Positions 22,835 to 32,405 of a stretch of 40,660 nucleotides of DNA are shown in pieces. The stretch's first letter is position 1. Each line of letters opens with the position of its first letter. This stretch comes from a virus (taxonomy: Duplodnaviria > Caudoviricetes), in IMG/VR virus record IMGVR_UViG_3300030376_004181, positions 1 through 40,660 of that record. One strand, written 5' to 3'. Below the pieces are notes generated by a model, which saw only the letters and a program-made list of their open reading frames with translations, had not been told where the DNA came from and ran no database searches. Made by a program: the position numbers and the translations under genes.

Positions 22835-24002
22835 AGACCTTGACGATTACAAAGACGACGATGGAAATTATATTCCTCGGTTTTTATCAGAAGCTAATGC
22901 GTTAGCTGTTATTACGTATATTCAAAGTTTAAGCGATGACGAACTTAAAAAGTTTGCTGACAGTTTTTTCACGGCTTTTAATGGAAGATCATTAGGTGAT
23001 GCTGGTAGTAAAGATTCTATTACAGACGGGTTGATTGATTTTTTAGATAGAGAAATATTAAAAATAAGTAATGATGAGTTAGCTAATGAAACAATAAACA
23101 AGGCATTTAAAAATGCTGACGGTACTGCATTCAATAATGCAGAGTTTGCTAATTATGCGGCTAATAATTTATTGAATGCAGTTATTGATTTTGAAGAAGA
23201 AGTATACGACGTAACAGATCCTGAAGAAGAAGCCGCATTACGGGCAGGGCAAGAACCTACTCTTGGATACATTTATGATGAAGAAACTAATGAAAGAACA
23301 CGCCAAACTGAACGTGATGTACGGCAAATACTTGCTGAATTAACTGACGACGAATTAATTGATTTCGCGATGGAGCTTGCTTATCACGGGCTATATGGCA
23401 AAGACAATTATGATGCTGTTTTTTTAAGAGGCGAAGATGAAGGCGAATACGAATTAGATTACGCTGCGTTTGACCAAGCAGTAAATAACGCTGTACGGTT
23501 AGCTACAAGATTTGGTCCAGATTTACAACAATTCGCTGACCCACAAGGATTGTTGCCAGATCAATTTACTGGTGGGTTTGATGTGCCTTTATTCTTTAAT
23601 ATTCTTGCACGTGTACAAACAGATGAAACAGGTTTAAGTAGTGATGAAATTAGAACTTTGTTTGCGCAAGAAAGAGCAGCAACTCGTCGTAATGATGCGT
23701 TTAGAATGATAGATCAAGTTAGCGTATTCAATGCTATGGAAACTGCTTCCGTTAATTTGTTAGGTAGGAAAGCTACTAAACGAGAAAAAGATATTTTTAT
23801 GGAAATGATTTTTGATTTGCAATTATCTGAGAATGCTCCGGTTAATATTAATTTAGCTGCAAGAGCTGGTGATGCTATTACTGAAGGTGATTTGGGTAGG
23901 GATGTTACGCAACGGTATCAGGCTAGGGAATCTGTTAACGCTGCTGAGCAGGTTGTTAATGTTATTAGGTCTTTGGGGGGTAGCGCACGTGGCAATGTCT
24001 GA
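22827..24002 (+). CDS. acidic putative internal virion protein
   Basis: Overlapping coupling within the structural operon. Confidence 0.55.
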   Translation: MSRDLDDYKDDDGNYIPRFLSEANALAVITYIQSLSDDELKKFADSFFTAFNGRSLGDAGSKDSITDGLIDFLDREILKISNDELANETINKAFKNADGTAFNNAEFANYAANNLLNAVIDFEEEVYDVTDPEEEAALRAGQEPTLGYIYDEETNERTRQTERDVRQILAELTDDELIDFAMELAYHGLYGKDNYDAVFLRGEDEGEYELDYAAFDQAVNNAVRLATRFGPDLQQFADPQGLLPDQFTGGFDVPLFFNILARVQTDETGLSSDEIRTLFAQERAATRRNDAFRMIDQVSVFNAMETASVNLLGRKATKREKDIFMEMIFDLQLSENAPVNINLAARAGDAITEGDLGRDVTQRYQARESVNAAEQVVNVIRSLGGSARGNV

Positions 24003-26130
24003 ACAAGATTTACAAGCTCTAGGTTCTTTGGATTATGGTATAGCTGGTGATACTACTAATTATGTAAAAGTTGCACAGGAAGGTTTAGATTCTGTTCCTC
24101 CTGCATCTTCTAATTTTGATAATCATAAAGCGCTGATTCTTTCATTTGAAGGTGAAAAATACAATGCTGCAACAGGTTTGCATCCTGTTTACGACGATGC
24201 TAAAGGAATTGAAACAATAGGTTTTGGGCATCGTCTTTCTGATGACGAAATTAAAAATGAAAGTATAACTATTGATGGCAAGACATACAATATTGCTGGT
24301 CCTAATAATGGTATTCCTGATGATGCTGCGTATAAGTTATTTGAACAAGATTTTGAAACGCATTTAGAAATTTATTATGCTGAGTTAGCGTTTGGTGAAT
24401 CTGCACGAACTCATTATGGTGAAAATAATGTAATATCAAAATTTGCAGATCAAAGCCTTAAAAATAATTGGGCAAGTGCTTGGGGACTTGGAGATAATCC
24501 TGCCCCTGACAAAGGTATTCCTATTAAATATGAAGGTGGGGATGGTCCTGTACGGCTAGAAGTAAAAAGCAATGGGGATACTACAGTTTATGGTTTTAAC
24601 GACAGAGAAGAAGTTATAGCTGCTGGTCGTCAAATTTTTATGAGTATGCCTGAAACTGTGCAGGCTTCTACTTTGTCTTTAGTTTACAATGCTGGTTCTT
24701 CTGGTCCTGAAACTATACGTAAAGTTCTTGCAGCTACTGAGTCTGGTGATTACGAGCCTTTAGCACAACATTGGGCTGGTACAACTGGAACTAAATTAGC
24801 TGGAGAAGAAGCAATTTTAGAAACAAGAAGGAAACAAGAAGGTCAGTATATGGTTGACCCTGAAGGTCAAAATCCACAAAACTATGGGTTAGGTGATAAT
24901 GTTAGTATAAACAAGCATTTAGCGTATCATCCAACTGTAAATAGGCTAGTGCAATCTCAAAAGATTAACTTAAACCCTACTTCTACTGCTGCACCTGTAG
25001 TTGGGGAAAGCACTACTACTGCTACGTTTAGCGGACCTCCTAAAGGCGGTGATTTTGGTTCTAGAAGTGTTGGTGGTTTTAATGTAGGTCGCCAAATGGC
25101 GCAAGATGCTGGTTTGAACGATGACGATGAACGCAATTATTTAACACAATTTTTAGATAATCCGGTGTTAGAGCAATATGGTGGCTATGGGTTGTTTCTT
25201 GATTCTAATAATTTAGATTTTCATATTGGTCTTGGTTCAAATCCAGAGGCAATGTCAAGAGCACCAATTTACGCAACGGGAATGATAACTCCGTTTTTAA
25301 TACCTGTTGATGTTAATGACCCTAACAAAGTTACTACTATGCACATTGTTGATTACATACAACAGCAAGGCATTCTAGATGATCCAGCTAGGGTAGAGCA
25401 ACTATTTTCTTTTACTGATTATTTTCAAACAACGACTTCTTTCCAAAGAGAGTTTGATACTCGGTTTGAAAGAATGAGTGACCCTCAGAAAGAAGAGGAG
25501 TTGTTGCCTGCTAGAAGGATGTTAGAAGATTTAGCAAGGCAGTTAGGTATTGCTTATACTGATGATGAGTTAGATGAAAAATCATTGTTTTTAGCACGTG
25601 GTAACAAAGTTAGCGATGAACGGTTTGTTAAAGAATTTGTTATGGCTGATAAGGCACAGAAAGAAACTGTTGGTCAGTATACAGAGTTAATGTCTACTGA
25701 AAGATGGCTAAGAGCTAACGCTAATAATTATTATCTTAATTTAAATCCTGACGAAATTACAAATTTAGCTGAAGCCCGATTTACTGGGGAAATATCTGAT
25801 GCAGAAATTTTAGAACAATTTGCTCAACGAGCTGTTGGTTTGTACCCTGCGTTAGCTAGACCTGTAATGGAACTAGGCATTATGCCAAGTGATTATTTTT
25901 CTACGCATAAAACAACTATAGAAGATATGCTTGAGCGCCCTGTTGACATGTATAAAGAATTTAAAGACATACTACAATTTTCTGATGAGAACGGTAACCC
26001 TATAAGTTTGTCTGGTTTAGAAACAAAGATTAGGAAAAGCTCTGAATGGCAAGGCACTAAGAACGCTGAGTTAGAAGCTAGAGAAGTAGCTACATTGATT
26101 GCGCAAGAGTTTGGAATGGTGAAGTATTAA
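23995..26130 (+). CDS. putative internal virion protein with lysozyme (GH24-like) domain
   Basis: ILSFEG...VYDDAKGIETIGFGH, LFEQD, LSLVYNAG, RRKQE motifs; likely start MSEQD at 23995. Confidence 0.7.
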   Translation: MSEQDLQALGSLDYGIAGDTTNYVKVAQEGLDSVPPASSNFDNHKALILSFEGEKYNAATGLHPVYDDAKGIETIGFGHRLSDDEIKNESITIDGKTYNIAGPNNGIPDDAAYKLFEQDFETHLEIYYAELAFGESARTHYGENNVISKFADQSLKNNWASAWGLGDNPAPDKGIPIKYEGGDGPVRLEVKSNGDTTVYGFNDREEVIAAGRQIFMSMPETVQASTLSLVYNAGSSGPETIRKVLAATESGDYEPLAQHWAGTTGTKLAGEEAILETRRKQEGQYMVDPEGQNPQNYGLGDNVSINKHLAYHPTVNRLVQSQKINLNPTSTAAPVVGESTTTATFSGPPKGGDFGSRSVGGFNVGRQMAQDAGLNDDDERNYLTQFLDNPVLEQYGGYGLFLDSNNLDFHIGLGSNPEAMSRAPIYATGMITPFLIPVDVNDPNKVTTMHIVDYIQQQGILDDPARVEQLFSFTDYFQTTTSFQREFDTRFERMSDPQKEEELLPARRMLEDLARQLGIAYTDDELDEKSLFLARGNKVSDERFVKEFVMADKAQKETVGQYTELMSTERWLRANANNYYLNLNPDEITNLAEARFTGEISDAEILEQFAQRAVGLYPALARPVMELGIMPSDYFSTHKTTIEDMLERPVDMYKEFKDILQFSDENGNPISLSGLETKIRKSSEWQGTKNAELEAREVATLIAQEFGMVKY

Positions 26131-26942
26131 TGGCTGCAAATGATGTTTTGATGACCATATTAGAAGATTACGGGTTAGAAGATTTGTATAGTTTTGCTCA
26201 GAATTTGTGGGTTGAAGGGTCAACTGCTTCTGATATTCTTGTGCAGTTACGTAACCAACCTAAATTTAACGAACGTTTTTCTGGCATGGATAAACGACGA
26301 GAAAATGGTTTGCCTGCTATTTCTGTTAATGATTACATACAATTAGAACGTGATTATCAGCAGGCTATGGCTGCGTATGGGTTGCCTGAAAGGTTTTATG
26401 ATGACCCAGAAGACTTTGCAGAATTTATAGGTAATGATGTTTCAGCTACTGAAGTAGAGGAACGTGTTGCGTTAGCTGCTAAAGCAACTGCTGAAGCAAA
26501 CAAAGATTTAAAACAAGAGTTATTGTCGTTGTATAATATTGATGACGCTGATTTAACTGCATACTATTTAGACCCTGATAGGGCGGTAACTGTTCTTGAG
26601 CAACGCTTACAACTTGAAAGCGCTGGCATATCGTTAGCTTCTAGAAAAGCTACTGGGCAAGGCTTATCTAAGGGTGTTGCTAGGGAGTTAGTAGATCAGA
26701 ATGTTCAGGAACGTGACGTTAGTTTAGCTATGGCGCAAACTGCTGGTTTGACAGAGGAAACTCTTGGTACGCAAGGATTATCTAGTGATGAGATTGCTTC
26801 TGCGAACTTTGGTTTAGATAGTGAAATGGTCGCTAGGGTTAATAGGTTGCGTCAAAAGAGGGCTAATGTTGGGGGTGGAGGCATGGGTGCTTCTGCTCAA
26901 CAAGTAGGTGTTACTGGGTTAGGTTCTGCCCAAATGTCATAG
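26130..26942 (+). CDS. putative internal virion protein
   Basis: Coupled ORF; RFSG..R..GL..IS..YI.LE..Y pattern; Gly-rich C-terminus. Confidence 0.55.
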   Translation: MAANDVLMTILEDYGLEDLYSFAQNLWVEGSTASDILVQLRNQPKFNERFSGMDKRRENGLPAISVNDYIQLERDYQQAMAAYGLPERFYDDPEDFAEFIGNDVSATEVEERVALAAKATAEANKDLKQELLSLYNIDDADLTAYYLDPDRAVTVLEQRLQLESAGISLASRKATGQGLSKGVARELVDQNVQERDVSLAMAQTAGLTEETLGTQGLSSDEIASANFGLDSEMVARVNRLRQKRANVGGGGMGASAQQVGVTGLGSAQMS

Positions 26943-26946
26943 GTTG

Positions 26947-26975
26947 TTTACAAAACCCTGTATTTTACTTATATT
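26947..26975 (+). promoter_or_regulatory. SigA-type promoter for scaffold/capsid genes
   Basis: TTTACA-N17-TATATT. Confidence 0.55.
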
Positions 26976-27078
26976 TGATTATGTGATCTGCCCCACTAAG
27001 AGGGTGAGCCGTTCACACAAAATTAAACTCCGCTAGCATTCCACCGTTGTTAGCGTGTACGTAAAGGTGAGTGACATA

Positions 27079-27546
27079 ATGGAAAATGAGTCTACAGAAA
27101 CGGAAGAAGTTTCTAGTACTGAATCCAAACCAAATTGGCGTAGAGAACTTGAGGCGAAAGCCAAGAGAGCTGATGAGCTTGAAGCGCAAGTTCAACAGAT
27201 GCAACGCAAAGAAGTGTTTCGTGATGCTGGCTTAGACCCATCCAATAGGATGACTGAGTACTTTATGAAAGGCTACGAAGGCGAGCTAACTGTTGATGCA
27301 ATTCAAGCTGAGGCTAATAGCGCAGGGTTATCTAATGTGGTAGCTCAAGCGGATACATCTAATTTGGAGCAACAGGCGCAGTTTACAGCGCAAGTAGAGG
27401 CGGAGCGTAGAATCGCTGAAGCTGGTGATGATGCTGGTCCTGTGGCAGATCCTCAATTTGAGAGTTTAATTAAACAAACGAATACTGAAACCGAATTACG
27501 GCAACTGTGGGAATCTAACGGCGGTACTTGGAACGCTATGACGTAA
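27079..27546 (+). CDS. capsid scaffolding protein
   Basis: Acidic N-terminus and coiled coil, immediately before the major capsid gene. Confidence 0.7.
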   Translation: MENESTETEEVSSTESKPNWRRELEAKAKRADELEAQVQQMQRKEVFRDAGLDPSNRMTEYFMKGYEGELTVDAIQAEANSAGLSNVVAQADTSNLEQQAQFTAQVEAERRIAEAGDDAGPVADPQFESLIKQTNTETELRQLWESNGGTWNAMT

Positions 27547-27581
27547 GGTAGGCTCCAAAAATTTAATTGGAGAATAGCCTA

Positions 27582-28523
27582 ATGGCAACAACACAAATGA
27601 GTTCGCTAGCAAGTGCTGGTACAGCCGCTTTTGAGCAGCTTGCCTACTTTGCTTTGCGATCACAACCTATGTTTGAGATGGTGTGTGACGTTAAGTCAAC
27701 TAACCAATCTCATGCTGGCGCTACTATTTTGTTCACAAAATATAGTGACCTTGCACAAGCTACAACAGCATTACACGAAATCAACGACGTTACCCCTGCA
27801 ACAATGGGTGATGCACAGATTACGGTAACACTTGCTGAGTATGGTAATTCAGTACAGACAACCGCTAAAGCCCGTGGAACACATTTTTTGAATATAGATT
27901 CTGACGCTGCGAACATTATCGGTTACAACATGGCTGATAGCCTTGATAACATTGTTCACGATGAACTTACTGAAGGAACTAACGTTCTATATGGTGGCGA
28001 TGCAACAAACACTGGAGAATTAGCAGCAACCGATATTATGACTGCAGCTCTTATCCGTAAAGCTGTTGCTAACCTTAGAACTGATTCTGCACCTACGTTC
28101 AATGGTGGCGTTTATGTTGGATTTATCCATCCTGACGTTTCCTACGATTTACGAAATGCTACTACGGTAACTGACGTAATCGCACACCAAAACCAGCAAA
28201 ATGCTGGCGCTATCCGAAATGGTAGCATTGGTGTTTACGGTGGGGTTGATTTTATTGAAACCCCTCGTGTAGAACTCACAGCAGATGCTGGTGCTTCTAA
28301 CGTTGATGAATACAAAACAATTATCTGCGGTAAGCAGGCTCTAGCTAAAGGCTTTAGCCGAGGAGCCGGATTTGGTGAAAACCCAAGCGTAGTATTTGGT
28401 CCTGTGACCGACAGCCTACGCCGACTCAACACAGTTGGTTGGTATCATCTAGTTGGGTACAAGCGATTCCGTGAGGAATCCATCAGAAGGATTGAAACAT
28501 CATCCTCAATAGGAACTAACTAA
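27582..28523 (+). CDS. major capsid protein (N4-gp56-like, HK97 fold)
   Basis: TVTLAEYGN, IIGYNMADSLD, YVGFIHPDVSYDL, GSIGVYGGVDFIETPR, VGWY motifs. Confidence 0.88.
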   Translation: MATTQMSSLASAGTAAFEQLAYFALRSQPMFEMVCDVKSTNQSHAGATILFTKYSDLAQATTALHEINDVTPATMGDAQITVTLAEYGNSVQTTAKARGTHFLNIDSDAANIIGYNMADSLDNIVHDELTEGTNVLYGGDATNTGELAATDIMTAALIRKAVANLRTDSAPTFNGGVYVGFIHPDVSYDLRNATTVTDVIAHQNQQNAGAIRNGSIGVYGGVDFIETPRVELTADAGASNVDEYKTIICGKQALAKGFSRGAGFGENPSVVFGPVTDSLRRLNTVGWYHLVGYKRFREESIRRIETSSSIGTN

Positions 28524-28540
28524 TAGTACCTAACAATAGT

Positions 28541-28589
28541 AGGGTAGGCTGACTTTACTGGGAGGTTAGCCTACCCTCTATCTTTTTTT
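28541..28589 (+). terminator. intrinsic terminator after the capsid gene
   Basis: AGGGTAGGCTGACT/GGTTAGCCTACCCT stem followed by a T7 run. Confidence 0.85.
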
Positions 28590-28615
28590 ATTTGATTAGA
28601 TTATTATTGGACATC

Positions 28616-28702
28616 ATGGAAGAAGAACAAGTACACGTAGTTATAGCACCTGAGACTATTAAGGCGAAGGTTGTGACAGACGAGGAGAACGCTGATGGCT
28701 AG
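28616..28702 (+). CDS. 28-aa peptide
   Basis: MEEEQVHVVIAPETIKAKVVTDEENADG overlapping the next start. Confidence 0.45.
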   Translation: MEEEQVHVVIAPETIKAKVVTDEENADG

Positions 28703-29123
28703 CGGACTTTATGGAATAACGTTTCTTAACGCTTTGAAGAATACTTTGGCGTTGGATTTAGATAGTGACACAATTAAAATTATGTTGGTTACATCATCGT
28801 ACACTCCTGATTTTGGGGCGCATGACTTTAAAGCTGATGTATCTAACGAAGTTTCTGGAACTAACTATACTGCTGGTGGTAACACGTTAAGTAGTTTAGC
28901 TTTAACTCAGACAGGTGGCACGATTAAGTTTGATGCTGCTGATACGTCGTGGTCGTCTGCAACTATTACGAATGCTAGGGGCGCTGTGATTTATGATGAT
29001 TCTTTGACTGATGACCCGTTGATTGCGTATATTGATTTTGGTTCTGATTTCTCGTCTAGTAATGGAACGTTTACGATTACGTTTGCTGCTGGCGGTATAT
29101 TTACTATTGATTTGACTCCGTAG
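28695..29123 (+). CDS. virion structural protein
   Basis: DLDSDTIKIML, NEVSGTNYTAGG, FDAAD, ARGAVIYD, LIAYIDFG, NGTFTI pattern of a common phage structural family. Confidence 0.75.
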   Translation: MASGLYGITFLNALKNTLALDLDSDTIKIMLVTSSYTPDFGAHDFKADVSNEVSGTNYTAGGNTLSSLALTQTGGTIKFDAADTSWSSATITNARGAVIYDDSLTDDPLIAYIDFGSDFSSSNGTFTITFAAGGIFTIDLTP

Positions 29124-29131
29124 GAGGGTGA

Positions 29132-29536
29132 ATGCCTGAGTCTAATTTTCCATCTAGTCTTGATACAGACGCTAATGATAGTCTTCCTAAGACTATTTCT
29201 AATACTGCTGCGTTGAACTCCCCTAACCATGCGGAGATGCACGGTAGAAGTAACGATGCGATTATTGAGATTGAGGAGAAGGTAGGTATTGGGGATACGA
29301 CTCCTACTGATAAGACTGTTCTTGTTGGTACTGGTACTGGGCAGTCTGCGTGGAGCGCAACAGCAATACCGTGTCCTGTAAGTGTGTACAAAAGTGATGG
29401 TGGCGCTGCAAGTAAAGGCGTTGCAGGTAATATTAACACAGGCGCTATTATTTACATTTCAACAAATGACCCTAGTAACGATAACGGTGGTAGTGACGCT
29501 GTTGCTAATGGGGATATTTGGATTGATCTTGCTTAA
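29132..29536 (+). CDS. short tail-fibre-like protein
   Basis: NFPSSLD N-terminus paralogous to 31389..32375; ends GDIWID. Confidence 0.65.
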   Translation: MPESNFPSSLDTDANDSLPKTISNTAALNSPNHAEMHGRSNDAIIEIEEKVGIGDTTPTDKTVLVGTGTGQSAWSATAIPCPVSVYKSDGGAASKGVAGNINTGAIIYISTNDPSNDNGGSDAVANGDIWIDLA

Positions 29537-30306
29537 TGGGTACTTTTAAAGTTCGTCACAGTGGTTCGTGGACTACGATTAGTAACGGTACAGCTTTTAA
29601 GGTCCGTCATGGTGATGCTTGGGTTAATCCTACTAAGGTAAAGGTTCGTCACGATGGTGCTTGGGTTGATGTCTGGGCTAAATCTGACCCTGTAACTCTT
29701 ACGTTTACTTGCAATGCTTCGCAAGGTTGGCGTAATAATCAGTGGAGAACAGATAACAAAGTTCGTTTTGGAGCATTCAAAGGCACTGAAAGCCCTTTTA
29801 CTTTTTTTGGTGATAACTTAACTGTTCTTGAATTTAGTGGCGATTCAACCACAGGTGGCTACACAAGCACATCATTAGCTGAAGCTCTTGCTGTAAGGTC
29901 TAACGTAACAAGTGCAACATTAACGTTATATAGAACTACTGGTGGTACTAATCCTATTAGTAGTTCTACAAGTGAAACGTTACTTGTTGGACAACACAAT
30001 AAAGTTAATGGAACTGCTATGTCTAGTTACAACGCTGGTTCGTATGTGCAAACTACTAACATGCAAACTGTTGCTGCTTCTAATTTACAAAGTTGGGCGC
30101 AAAACGCTTCTAAAGTATTAACGTTGCCTTCTTCTGGTTTAACTGATTTTATTACTCATGTATCTGCTAAACAAATGTGGGTATCTGAATTATCAACAGG
30201 GTGGGTAGCAAGCGGAGGAAGCGGAAGCACTTCTCAAATATATTCTGTGTGTGATGGTTCAGCGCAAACAAACAAACCTGTATTAACTGTAACATTGGAT
30301 TATTAA
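29536..30306 (+). CDS. putative tail-fibre tip/receptor-binding protein
   Basis: Three KVRHxxxW repeats; Ser/Thr-rich beta domain ending KPVLTVTLDY. Confidence 0.6.
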   Translation: MGTFKVRHSGSWTTISNGTAFKVRHGDAWVNPTKVKVRHDGAWVDVWAKSDPVTLTFTCNASQGWRNNQWRTDNKVRFGAFKGTESPFTFFGDNLTVLEFSGDSTTGGYTSTSLAEALAVRSNVTSATLTLYRTTGGTNPISSSTSETLLVGQHNKVNGTAMSSYNAGSYVQTTNMQTVAASNLQSWAQNASKVLTLPSSGLTDFITHVSAKQMWVSELSTGWVASGGSGSTSQIYSVCDGSAQTNKPVLTVTLDY

Positions 30307-30307
30307 C

Positions 30308-30436
30308 ATGGAACTCAACCCAGTAGAGATACTTCAAGAACTAGAAAGACAATACCCACTACAACTAAAGATTTGCATACAAGCAGTGCAAATCAGAAAG
30401 CTAACAGAAGAACAAAATGATACCGACGACGAGTAA
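30308..30436 (+). CDS. 42-aa hypothetical protein
   Basis: MELNPVEILQELERQYPLQLKICIQAVQIRKLTEEQNDTDDE fills the gap. Confidence 0.55.
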   Translation: MELNPVEILQELERQYPLQLKICIQAVQIRKLTEEQNDTDDE

Positions 30437-31139
30437 ACACGTTAACATTGAACTACTACACCCAGAGTTCAAACGCAGATTAGAAGCGTTCTTTAGAGAC
30501 AGCCGTATCCGTAACAAAGTCAAAGTTGTATCTGGTGTGCGTACCTATGCACAGCAAAAATATTTTTATGATGGATACAAAAGCGGTAAAGCAGGTTTTA
30601 ACCTAGCTGCTAACCCTGATCGTAAAACATCTTCAGGGTTTCAAGGTTCTTATCACATGCAACAACCAGCGTTTGATAACTGGGGTTATGCCGTTGATTT
30701 TAGAATTACTGGTCGTGGTATTAGTACTTCTCAAGTGAACGCCATAGCTAAATCTTATGGCATGGTTGCGTATGTTAGAGGCGAATGGTGGCATCATCAG
30801 CCTTGTAAAGTTGTTAATGGTAAAGTTAAATGGTTTGATGCGCCTGCTTTGAAAGGTACGAAAGCTACTAAAACAGTCAAGCAGGATGTTAAGGGTATTG
30901 CTGCTGCGTTTGCTGAAATAGAAGCTCTAGTTACTTCCCGCCCTTTGAAAAAAGGTTCTAAAGGAGCAGCGGTTAAAGTGGTGCAACAGTTGTTAGCTGC
31001 TAAGGGATTGTATCGGTATAAAGTAGATTCGGATTATGGCAGGCTTACTCGGAAGGCTGTTGTGGAGTTCCAGAAGCGTCGGCTATTATATGTTGACGGC
31101 ATAGTTGGACCAAATACTTGGAAGGCTTTACTTAGATGA
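30417..31139 (+). CDS. endolysin: M15 (VanY-like) peptidase plus peptidoglycan-binding domain
   Basis: SGVRT..Q, GSYH...AVD, EWWH zinc motifs; LKKGSKG..V..VQ...FQ..L.VDGIVGPNTW. Confidence 0.88.
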   Translation: MIPTTSKHVNIELLHPEFKRRLEAFFRDSRIRNKVKVVSGVRTYAQQKYFYDGYKSGKAGFNLAANPDRKTSSGFQGSYHMQQPAFDNWGYAVDFRITGRGISTSQVNAIAKSYGMVAYVRGEWWHHQPCKVVNGKVKWFDAPALKGTKATKTVKQDVKGIAAAFAEIEALVTSRPLKKGSKGAAVKVVQQLLAAKGLYRYKVDSDYGRLTRKAVVEFQKRRLLYVDGIVGPNTWKALLR

Positions 31140-31381
31140 GAGAATATTTAGATTTACTTGAGCGATGTGCAGCAACGTTTGTGCAAGCAGCAGTAGCCAC
31201 GATTAGTGGCAATAGCTTTCTTGACATGGGTGTAAGCAACTGGAAATTAGTAGCAGCTTCTGGGTTTGCTGCTGTGTTGTCAGTTCTTAAAGGTTGGGCT
31301 GCTACGAAGGTTGGCGATAAGTCATTTTCTTTGGTTGGTAAGAATACCGCATCTGAGGAGTCCCTTTACGGCGAAGAATAG
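31136..31381 (+). CDS. holin (r1t-like)
   Basis: ERCAATFVQA...AAVLSVLK; two TM segments; ATGA overlap with endolysin. Confidence 0.8.
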   Translation: MREYLDLLERCAATFVQAAVATISGNSFLDMGVSNWKLVAASGFAAVLSVLKGWAATKVGDKSFSLVGKNTASEESLYGEE

Positions 31382-31388
31382 GGGTTAA

Positions 31389-32375
31389 ATGGCTACAAAT
31401 TTTCCTAGTAGTTTAGATACTTCTACTCAGCAACCGACTATTGCTGCGTCGGATGAGATGGATGATTCTGGTAAGGAGCATGATGTTGTTCATACGAATC
31501 ATTCTGGTGCGATTATTGCGTTAGAGACGAAGTTGGGTAGTACTGATTCTAACCCTTCGTCTGGTGCTGTGCTTATGGGTACTGGTTCTGGTACTTCTGC
31601 TTGGGATACGTCACCTACGTTTCTTGGTGCTGTTACAGTAGGCGTGGATGACACTGGTCATGATGTAAAGTTTTTTGGTGCAGAAAGTGGTTCTTTTTTG
31701 TTATGGGATCAAGCAGCAGATGATCTTGAGTTGTGGGGAAATGCAAAAATTAATTTGCTTAACACAACAGCAGGATCATCAAACTTCCAAATTAACTTCA
31801 AAGAAGGATATGACATTTTTGCAGACAACACTGGGACAGGATCAGATAACACTCGTCTTTGGTTTGATGGACCAGATGGTGGTTCTTTCTACATTGGACC
31901 TAGGGGTGGTGGAGATGTGTTCCATTCAATAAATCTTAGGGGTAGTACCGCAATTTCTGGAACACTTTCAAAAACTTCAGGCTCGTTTGATATTGCACAC
32001 CCATCAAAAGGTGGAGACTGGCGTTTACGACATTCATTTATTGAAGGTCCAACAGCAGATAACATTTACAGGGGTACGGCTACAATCAGCGGAAGCTCTG
32101 TAGCCATTGATCTTGACACAGTTTCAAACATGACAGCCGGAACATGGCTAGCTCTAAACACAAACGCTTGGTCAATGGTTGCAAGCTCTGGTAATGCCGT
32201 TACTTGGGAGCTATCAGGCAAGACTCTCACAATTAGCGGACCAGATGGTGCAGTTTGTAATTGGATGGTTATTGGAGAGCGTAAAGATCAAGGCATTGTT
32301 GACTCTGATATGACAGATAGTAATGGTAAGTTAATTACTGAATATGAAAAAGTTGAAGTGTTCCCAAATGATTAA
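31389..32375 (+). CDS. tail fibre protein
   Basis: NFPSSLD anchor; VGVDDTGHDVKFFG..SG..LLWD; C-terminal SFDIAHP..LRHSFIEGP...WMVIGERKD domain. Confidence 0.75.
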   Translation: MATNFPSSLDTSTQQPTIAASDEMDDSGKEHDVVHTNHSGAIIALETKLGSTDSNPSSGAVLMGTGSGTSAWDTSPTFLGAVTVGVDDTGHDVKFFGAESGSFLLWDQAADDLELWGNAKINLLNTTAGSSNFQINFKEGYDIFADNTGTGSDNTRLWFDGPDGGSFYIGPRGGGDVFHSINLRGSTAISGTLSKTSGSFDIAHPSKGGDWRLRHSFIEGPTADNIYRGTATISGSSVAIDLDTVSNMTAGTWLALNTNAWSMVASSGNAVTWELSGKTLTISGPDGAVCNWMVIGERKDQGIVDSDMTDSNGKLITEYEKVEVFPND

Positions 32376-32405
32376 AGAGAATCAACCAAGTTAGGAAGGT
32401 TATGC

